From the human T2T-CHM13v2.0 reference genome, Homo sapiens: 64,000 nt of DNA. The stretch's first letter is position 1, and each line of letters opens with the position of its first letter. Shown one piece after another: positions 50,501 through 61,082 of the stretch. The position numbers and the translations under genes were made by a program. Below the pieces are notes generated by a model. It was not told where the DNA came from. It searched no databases and saw only the letters and a program-made list of their open reading frames with translations. The stretch lies in the NCBI RefSeq assembly GCF_009914755.1, contig NC_060937.1; one strand, given 5' to 3'.

Positions 50501-52500
50501 TGTATTATATACTGTATATAAAATATGAAAGTACATCAAATATATATTTTATTCTGTACATAATATATCAAAGTACACCAGAAATATATTCTATAGTGTA
50601 CATAAAATAACAAAGTACAAAAACTATAAATTATATACTGTACATAAAATATGAAATTACATCAAATATATATTAGGTACATAAAATATGAAAGTACATC
50701 AAATATAGATTATATACTGTACATAAAATATCAATGTACCCAAATATATATCATATACTGTACATGAAATATCAAAGTTCACAAACTATATATTATATAC
50801 TGTACATAAAATATCAAAGTACCCAAGGTATATATTCTATACTGCACAAAAAATATCAAAGTACCCAAAGCATGTATTATATACTGTATATAAAATATGA
50901 AATTACATCAAATATATATTTTATTCTGTACATAAAATATCAAAGTACACCAGATATATATTTTATAGTGTACATAAAATAACAAAGTACACAAAGTATA
51001 AATTATATACTGTACATAAAATATGAAATTACATCAAATATATATTAGGTACATAAAATATGAAAGTACATCAAATATAGATTATATACTGTACATATAA
51101 TACCAAAGTACCCCAAATATATATTTTTACTCTACATGGAATATCAAAGTTCACAAACCATATATTATATACTGTACATAAAATATCAAGGTACCCAAGG
51201 TATATATTCTATACTGTACAAAATATATCAAAGTACCCAAAGCATGTATTATATACTGTACATAAAATATGAAAGTACATCAAATATATATTTTATTCTG
51301 TACATAAAATATCAAAGTACACCAGATATATATTCTATAGTGTACATAAAATATCAAAATACCCAAACTATACATTATATACTGTACATAAAATATGAAA
51401 TTACATCAAATTTATATTATATTAGGTACATAAAATATGAAAGTACATCAAATATAGATTATATACTGTATAATAAAAATACCAAAGTACCCCAAATATA
51501 TATTTTATACTGTACATGAAATATCAAAGTTCACAAACTATATATTATATACTGTACATAAAATATCAAAGTACCCAACGTATATATTCTATACTGTACA
51601 AAAAATTTCGAAGTACCCAAAACATGTATTATATACTGTACATAAAATATGAAAGTACAACAAATATATATTTTATTCCGTACATAAAATATCAAAGTAC
51701 ACCAGATATATATTCTATAGCGTACATAAAATATCAAAGTGCACAAACTATACATTATATACTGTACATAAAATATGAAATTACATGAAATATATATTAT
51801 ATTAGGTACATAAAATATGAAAGTACATCAAATATAGATTATATACTCTACATTAAATACGAAAGTACCCCAAATATATATTATATACTCTAAAAGAAAT
51901 ATCAAAGTTCACAAACTATATATTATATACTGTACATAAAATATAAAAGTACCCAAGGTATATATTCTATACTGTACAAAAATATCAAAGTACCCAAAGC
52001 GTGTATTATGTACTGTATATAAAATATGAAAGTACATCAAATATATATTTTATTCTGTACATAAAATATCAAAGTACACCAGATATATATTCTATAGTGT
52101 ACATAAAATAACAAAGTACACAAACTATACATTATATACTGTACATAAAATATGAAATTACATCAAATATATATTAGGTACATAAAATATGAAAGTACAT
52201 CAAATATAGATTATATACTCTACATAAAATATCAATGTACCCCAAATATATATTTTATACTCTACATGAAATATCAAAGTTCACAAACCATATATTATAT
52301 ACTGTCCATAAAATATCAAAGTACCCAAGGTATATATTCTATACTATACAAAAAATATCAAGGTACCCAAAGCATGTATTATATACTGTACCTAAAATAT
52401 GAAAGTACATCAAATATATATTTTATTCTGTACATAAAATAACAAAGTACACCAGATATATATTCTATAGTGTACATAAAATAACAAAGTACAAATACTA
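35600..52500 (+). repeat. Homogenised domain with 1502/1883-bp blocks forming a 3385-bp super-HOR
   Basis: A marker unit (AAATTTCGAAG, CCCAACGT, TAGCGTAC, AGTGCAC) starts at 37229, 38732, 40234, 42117, 43619, 45502, 47004, 48889 and 51516. Spacings are 1503, 1502, 1883, 1502, 1883, 1502, 1885 and 2627. Confidence 0.93.
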
Positions 52501-52859
52501 TAAATTATATACTGTACATAAAATATGAAATTACATCAAATACATATTAGGTACATTAAATATGAAATTACATCAAATATAGATTATATACTGTACATAA
52601 AATATCAATGTACCCCAAATATATATTTTATACTCTACATGAAATATCAAAGTTCACAAACCATATCTTATATACTATACATAAAATATCAAAGTACCCA
52701 AGGTATATATTCTATACTGTACAAAAAATATCAAAGTACCCAAAGCATGTATTATATACTGTACATAAAATATGAAAGTACATCAAATATATATTTTATT
52801 TTGTACATAAAATATCAAAGTACACCAGGTATATATTCTATAGAGTACATAAAATAACA

Positions 52860-55800
52860 AAGTACACAAACTATAAATTATATACTGTTCATAAAATATG
52901 AAATTACATCAAATATATATTAGGTACATAAAATATGAAAGTACATCAAATATAGATTATATACTGTACATAAAATATCAATGTACCCCAAATATATATT
53001 TTATACTCTACATGAAATATCAAAGTTCACAAACCATATATTGTATACTGTACATAAAATATCAAAGTACCCAAGGTATGTATTCTATACTGTACAAAAA
53101 ATATCAAAGTACCCAAAGCATGTATTATATACTGTACATAAAATATGAAAGTACATCAAATATATATTTTATTCTGTACATAAAATATCAAAGTACACCA
53201 GATATATATTCTATAGTGTACATAAAATATCAAAGTACCCAAACTATACATTATATACTGTACATAAAATATGAAATTACATCAAATATATATTATATTA
53301 TGTACCTAAAATATGAAAGTACATCAAATATAGATTATATACTGTACATTAGGTACCAAAGTACCCCAAATATATATTTTATACTGTACATGAAATATCA
53401 AAGTTCACAAACTATATATTATATACTGTACATAAAATATCAAAGTACCCGGGGTATATATTCTATACTGTACAAAAAATATCAAAGTACCAAAAGCATG
53501 TATTATATACTGTACCTAAAATATGAAAGTACATCAAATATATATTTTATTCTGTACATAAAATATCAAAGTACACCAGATATATATTCTATAGTGTACA
53601 TAAAATATCAAAGTACCCAAACTATACATTATATACTGTACATAAAATATGAAATTACATCAAATATATATTAGGTACATAAAATATGAAAGTACATCAA
53701 ATATAGATTATATACTGTACAAAAAATATCAAGGTACCCCAAATATATATTATATACTGTACATGAAATATCAAAGTTCACAAACTATATATTATATACT
53801 GTACATAAAATATCAAAGTACCCAAGGTATATATTCTATACTGTACAAAAGATATCAAAGTACCCAAAGCATGTATTATATACTGTACATAAAATATGAA
53901 AGTACATCAAATATATATTTTATTCTGTACATAAAATATCAAAGTACACCAGATATATATTCTATAGTGTACATAAAATATCAATGTACCCAAACTATTT
54001 CTTATATACTGTACATGAAATATGAAATTACATCAAATATATATTATATTAGGTACATAAAATATGAAAGTACATCAAATATAGATTATATGCTGTACAT
54101 TAATTACCAAAGTACCCCAAATATATATTTTATACTGTACATGAAATATCAAAGTTCACAAACTATATATTATATACTGTACATAAAATATCAAAGTACC
54201 CAAGGTATATATTCTATACTGTACAAAAAATATCAAAGTATCCAAAGCACGTATTATATACTGTACGTAAAACATGAAAGTACATCAAATATATATATTT
54301 TCTGTACATAAAATGTCAAAGTACACCAGATATATATTCAATAGTGTACACAAAATAACAAAGTACAAAAACTATAAATTATATACTGTACATAAAATAT
54401 GAAATTACACCAAATATATATTAGGTACATAAAATATGAAAGGACATAAAATATAGATTATATACTGTACATATAATATCAATGTACCCCAAATATATAT
54501 TTTATACTCTACATGAAATATCAAAGTTCACAAACCATATATTATATACTGTACATAAAATATCAAAGTACCCAAGGTATATATTCTATACTGTTCAAAA
54601 AATATCAAAGTTTCCAAAGCATGTATTATATACTGTATATAAAATATGAAAGTACATCAAATATATATTTTATTCTGTACATAAAATATCAATGTACACC
54701 AGATATATATTATATAGTGTACATAAAATATCAAAGTACCCAAACTATACATTATATACTGTACATAAAATATGAAATTACATCAAATATATACTATATT
54801 AGGTCCATAAAATATGAAAGTACATCAAATATAGATTATATACTGTACATAAAATATCAAAGTACCCCAAATATATATTATATACTCTACATGAAATATC
54901 AAAGTTCACAAACTATATATTATATACTGTACATAAAATAAAGTACCCAAGGTACATATTCTATACTGTACAAAAAATATCAAAGTACCCAAAGCATGTA
55001 TTATATACTGTATATAAAATATGAAAGTACATCAAATATATATTTTATTCTGTACATAAAATATCAAAGTACACCAGATATATATTCTATAGTGTACATA
55101 AAATAACAAAGTACACAAACTATACATTATATACTGTACATAAAATATGAAATTACATCAAATATATATTAGGTACATAAAATATGAAAGTACATCAAAT
55201 ATAGATTATATACTGTACATTAAATACCAAAGTACCCCAAATATATATTTTATACTGTACATGAAATATCACAGTTCACAAACTATATATTATATACTGT
55301 ACATATAATATCAAAGTACCCAAGGTATATATTCTATACTGTACAAAAAATATCAAAGTACCCAAAGCATGTATTATATACTGTACATAAAATAGGAAAG
55401 TACATCAAATATATATTTTATTCTGTACATAAAATATCAAAGTACACCAGATATATATTTTATAGTGTACATAAAATATCAAAATACCCAAAGTATACAT
55501 TATAAACTGTACATAAAATATGAAAGTACATCAAATATAGATAATTAACTGTACATAAAATATCAAAGTACCCCAAATATATATTATATACTGTACATGA
55601 GATATCAAACTTCACAAACTATATATTATATACTGTAGATAAAATATCAAAGTACCCAAGGTATATATTCTATACTGTACAAAAAATATCAAAGTACCCA
55701 AAATATGTATTATATACTGTATATAAAATATGAAAGTACATCAAATATAAATTTTATTCTGTACATAAAATATCAAAGTACACCAGATATATATTTTATA

Positions 55801-58480
55801 GTGTACATAAAATTCCAAAGTATCCAAACTATACATTATATACTGTACATAAAATATGAAATTACATCAAATATATATTATATTAGGTACATAAAATATG
55901 AAAGTACATAAAATATAGATGATACACTGTACATAATATATCAAAGTAGCCCAAATATATATTATACAGTGTACATGAAATATCAAAATTTACAAAATAT
56001 ATATTATATAATGTACATAAAATATCAAAGTACCCAAAGCAAGTATTATATACTGTACATAAAAGATGAAAGTACATCAAATATATATTTTATTCTGTAC
56101 GTAAAATATCAAAGTACACCAGATATATATTTTATAGTGTACATAAAATATCAAGGTACCCAAATTATACATTATATACTGTACATAAAATATGAAAGTA
56201 CATCAAATATATATTATATTAGTTACCTAAAATATGAAAGTACATCAAATATAGATTATTAACTATACATAAAATATCAAAGTACCCCAAATATATATTA
56301 TATACTGTACATGAAATATCAAAGTTCACAAACTCTATATTATATACTGTACATAAAATATCAAAGTACCCAAGGTATATAATCTATACTGTACAAAAAA
56401 TATCAAAGTACCCAAAGCATGTATTTTATACTGTACATAAAAGATGAAAGTACATCAAATATATATTTTATTCTGTACATAAAATATCAAAGTACACCAG
56501 ATATATATTTTATAGTGTACATAAAATATCAAACTACCCAAACTATACATTATATACTGTACATAAAATATGAAATCACATCAAATATATATTATATTAG
56601 GTACATAAAATATGAAAGTACTTCTAGTATAGATTATTTACTGTACATAAAATATCAAAGTACCCCAAATATATATGATATACTGTACATGAAATATCAA
56701 AGTTCACAAACGATATATTATATACTGTAGATAAAATATCAAAGTACCCAAGGTTTATATTCTATACTGTACAAAAAATATCAAAGTACCCAAAGCATGT
56801 ATTATATACTGTACATAAAAGATGAAAGTACATGAAATATATATTTTATTCTCTACATAAAATAACAAAGTACACCAGATATATATTTTATAGTGTACAT
56901 AAAATATGAAAGTACCCAAACTGTACATTACATACTGTACATAAAATATGGAATTACATCAAATATATATTATATTAGGTACATAAAATATGAAAGTACA
57001 TCAAATATAGATTATATACTGTACATAAAATATCAAAGTACTCCAAATATATATTACATACTCTACATGAAATATCAAAGTTCACAAACTATATATTATA
57101 TACTGTACATAAAATGTCAATGTACCCAAGGTATATATTCTATACTGTACAAAAAATATCAAAGTACCCAAAGCATGTATTATATACAGTAAATAAAATA
57201 TGAAAGTACATCAATTATATATTTTATTCTGTACATAATATATCAAAGTACACCAGATATATATTCTATAGTGTACATAAAATAACAAAGTACACAAACT
57301 ATAAATTATATACCGAACATAAAATATGAAATTACATCAAATATATATTAGGTACATAAAATATGAAAGTACATCAAATATAGATTATATACTGTACATA
57401 AAATATCAATGTACCCCAAATATATATTTTATACTCTACATGAAATATCAAAGTTCAGAAACCATATATTGTATACTGTACATAAAATATCAAAGTACCC
57501 AAGGTATATATTCTATACTGTACAAAAAATATCAAAGTACCCAAAGCATGTATTATATACTGTACATAAAATATGAAAGTACATCAACTATATATTTTAT
57601 TCTGTACATAAAATATCAAAGTACACCAGATATATATTCTATAGTGTACATAAAATATCAAAGTACCCAAACTATACATTATATACTGTACATAAAATAT
57701 GAAATTACATCAAATATATATTATATTAGGTACCTAAAATATGAAAGTACATCAAATATAGATTATATACTGTACATTAAGTACCAAAGTACCCCAAATA
57801 TATATTTTATACTGTACATGAAATATCAAAGTTCACAAACTATATATTATATACTGTACATAAAATATCAAAGTACCCGAGGTATATATTCTATACTGTA
57901 CAAAAAATATCAAAGTACCAAAAGCATGTATTATATACTGTACCTAAAATATGAAAGTGCATCAAATATATATTTTATTCTGTACATAAAATATCAAAGT
58001 ACACCAGATATATATTCTATAGTGTACATAAAATATCAAAGTACCCAAACTATACATTATATACTGTACATAAAATATGAAATTACATCAAATATATATT
58101 AGGTACATAAAATATGAAAGTACATCAAATATAGATTATATACTGTACAAAAAATATCAAGGTACCCCAAATATATATTATATACTGTACATGAAATATC
58201 AAAGTTCACAAACTATATATTATATACTGTACATAAAATATCAAAGTACCCAAGGTATATATTCTATACTGTACAAAAGATATCAAAGTACCCAAAGCAT
58301 GTATTATATACTGTACATAAAATATGAAAGTACATCAAATATATATTTTATTCTGTACATAAAATATCAAAGTACACCAGATATATATTCTATAGTGTAC
58401 ATAAAATATCAATGTACCCAAACTATTTCTTATATACTGTACATAAAATATGAAATTACATCAAATATATATTATATTAG
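52860..58480 (+). repeat. Pair of ~1.1-kb imperfect direct repeats (~52.9-54.0 kb and ~57.3-58.45 kb, offset 4428)
   Basis: ORF starts 52898/57326 and 53649/58077. TTGTATACTG at 53041/57469, TACCTAAAAT at 53303/57731 and AAGGTACCCC at 53731/58159. A few mismatches, e.g. CCGGGGT vs CCGAGGT. Confidence 0.85.
55390..57320 (+). repeat. Island of more diverged HSat1A units (distinct subtype)
   Basis: Visibly denser substitutions and subtype markers: ATATTTTATAGTG in monomer 5, AAAGATGAAAG, GATTATTAACT and CTTCTAGTATAG. Two single-monomer deletions, and no 5-bp-deleted monomer 7 within the island. Confidence 0.8.
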
Positions 58481-61030
58481 GTACATAAAACATGGAAGTA
58501 CATCAAATATAGATTATATACTGCACATAATATATCAAAGTATCCCAAATATATATTATATACTCTACATGAAATATCAAAGTTCACAAACTATATATTA
58601 TATACTGTACATAAAATATCAAAGTACCCAAGGTATATATTCTATACTGCACAAAAAAATCAAAGTACCCAAAGCATGTATTATATACTGTACCTAAAAT
58701 ATGAAAGTACATCAAATATATATTTTATTCTGTACATAAAATATCAAAGTACACCAGATATATATTCTATAGTGTACATAAAATATCAAATTACCCAAAC
58801 TATACATTATATACTGTACATAAAATATGAGATTACATCAAATATATATTATATTAGGTACATAAAATATGAAAGTACATCAAATATAGATTATATACTG
58901 TACATAAAATATCAAAGTACCCCAAATATATATTATATACTCTACAGGAAATATCAAAGTTCACACACTATATATTATATACTGTACATAAAATATCAAA
59001 GTACCCAAGGTATATATTCTATACTGTACAAAAAATATCAAAGTACCCAAATCATGTATTATATTCTGTATATAAAATATGAAAGTACATCAAATATATA
59101 TTTTATTCTGTACATAAAATATCAAATTACACCAGATATATATTCTATAGTGTACATAAAATAACAAAGTACACAAACTATACATTATATACTGTACATA
59201 AAATATGAAATTACCTCAAATATATATTAGGTACATAAAATATGAAAGTACATCAAATATAGATTATATACTGTACATAAAATATCAAAGTACCCCAAAT
59301 ATATATTATATACTCTACATGAAATATCAAAGTTCAGAAACTATGTATTATATACTGTACATAAAATATCAAAGTACCCAAGGTATATATTCTATACTGT
59401 ACAAAAAATATCAAAGTACCCAAAGCATGTATTATATACTGTACATAAAATATGAAAGTACATCAAATATATATTTTATTCTGTACATAAAATATCAAAG
59501 TACACCATATATATATTCTATAGTGTACATAAAATAACAAAGTACACAAACTATACATTATATACTGTACATAAAATATGAAATTACATCAAATATATAT
59601 TAGGTACATAAAATATGAAAGTACATCAAATATAGATTATATACTGTATATAAAATATTAATGTACCCCAAATATATATTTTATACTCTACATGAAATAT
59701 CAAAGTTCACAAACCATATATTATATACTGTCCAGAAAATATCAAAGTACCCAAGGTATATATTCTATACTATACAAAAAATATCAAAGTACGCAAAGCA
59801 TGTATTATATACTGTACCTAAAATATGAAAGTGCATCAAATATATATTTTATTCTGTAAATAAAATATCAAAGTACACCAGATATATAATCTATAGTGTA
59901 CATAATATATCAAAGTACCCAAACTATACATTATATACTGTACATAAAATATGAGATTACATCAAATATATATTATATTAGGTACATAAAATATGAAAGT
60001 ACATCAAATATAGATTATATACTGTACATAAAATATCAAAGTACCCCAAATATATATTATATACTCTACAGGAAATATCAAAGTTCACACACTATATATT
60101 ATATACTGTACATAAAATATCAAAGTACCCAAGGTATATATTCTATACTGCACAAAAAAATCAAAGTACCCAAAGCATGTATTATATACTGTACCTAAAA
60201 TATGAAAGTACATCAAATATATATTTTATTCTGTACATAAAATATCAAAGTACACCAGATATATATTCTATAGTGTACATAAAATATCAAAGTACCCAAA
60301 CTATACATTATATACTGTACATAAAATATGAGATTACATCAAATATATATTATATTAGGTACATAAAATATGAAAGTACATCAAATATAGATTATACACT
60401 GTACATAAAATATCAAAGTACCCCAAATATATATTATATACTCTACAGGAAATATCAAAGTTCACACACTATATATTATATACTGTACATAAAATATCAA
60501 AGTACCCAAGGTATATATTCTATACTGTACAAAAAATATCAAAGTACCCAAAGCATGTATTATATTCTGTATATAAAATATGAAAGTACATCAAATATAT
60601 ATTTTATTCTGTACATAAAATATCAAATTACACCAGATATATATTCTATAGTGTACATAAAATAACAAATTACACAAACTATAGATTATATACTGTACAT
60701 AAAATATGAAATTACATCAAATATATATTATATTAGGTACATAAAATATGAAAGTACATCAAATATAGATTACATACTGTACATTAAATACCAAAGTACC
60801 CCAAATATATATTTTATACTGTACATGAAATATCAAAGTTCACAAACTTTATATTATATTCTATACATAAAATATCAAAGTACCCAAGGTATATATTCTA
60901 TACTGTACAAAAAATATCAAAGTACCCAAAGCATGTATTATATACTGTACATAAAATAGGAAAGTACATCAAATATATATTTTATTCTGTACATAAAATA
61001 TCAAAGTACACCAGATATATATTCTATAGA

Positions 61031-61082
61031 GTACATAAAATATCAAAGTACCCAAACTATACTACTTTGATATTTTATGTAC
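61031..61082. repeat. Inversion junction flanked by a perfect 20-bp inverted repeat with a 12-bp spacer
   Basis: GTACATAAAATATCAAAGTA (61031-61050), spacer CCCAAACTATAC (61051-61062), TACTTTGATATTTTATGTAC (61063-61082). Confidence 0.95.

Larger units (their letters stand above)
1..61062 (+). repeat. HSat1A (SAR / classical satellite 1, 42-bp monomer) array, forward orientation, roughly 160 copies of the 9-monomer ~378-bp HOR
   Basis: Uninterrupted 42-bp periodicity with ACATAAAATAT(C/G)AAAGT alternating with a 25-bp variable part, and GTAC usually twice per monomer. Nine monomer types recur in fixed order, visible in translation as KYQSSQTIYYILYI / KYQSTQGIYSILYK / KYQSTQSMYYILYI / KYESTSNIYFILYI / KYQSTPDIYSIVYI / KYQSTQTIHYILYI / KYEITSNIYYIRYI / KYESTSNIDYILYI / KYQSTPNIYYILYM (numbered 1-9 below). 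The family name comes from recalled knowledge of the HSat1A 17+25 bp and 378-bp 9-mer organisation, not from a database search. Confidence 0.95.

Noticed and set aside
7017-56080. Short minus-strand hydrophobic ORFs within the forward array (e.g. 37244..37468 and copies)
   Set aside because: They arise when point variants remove antisense stops and recur only because the DNA block was duplicated.
61060-61065. TAC-TAC at the inversion junction as a target-site duplication
   Set aside because: Each TAC is accounted for by the consensus of its own arm, TAC is ubiquitous in the repeat, and no inserted element is present.
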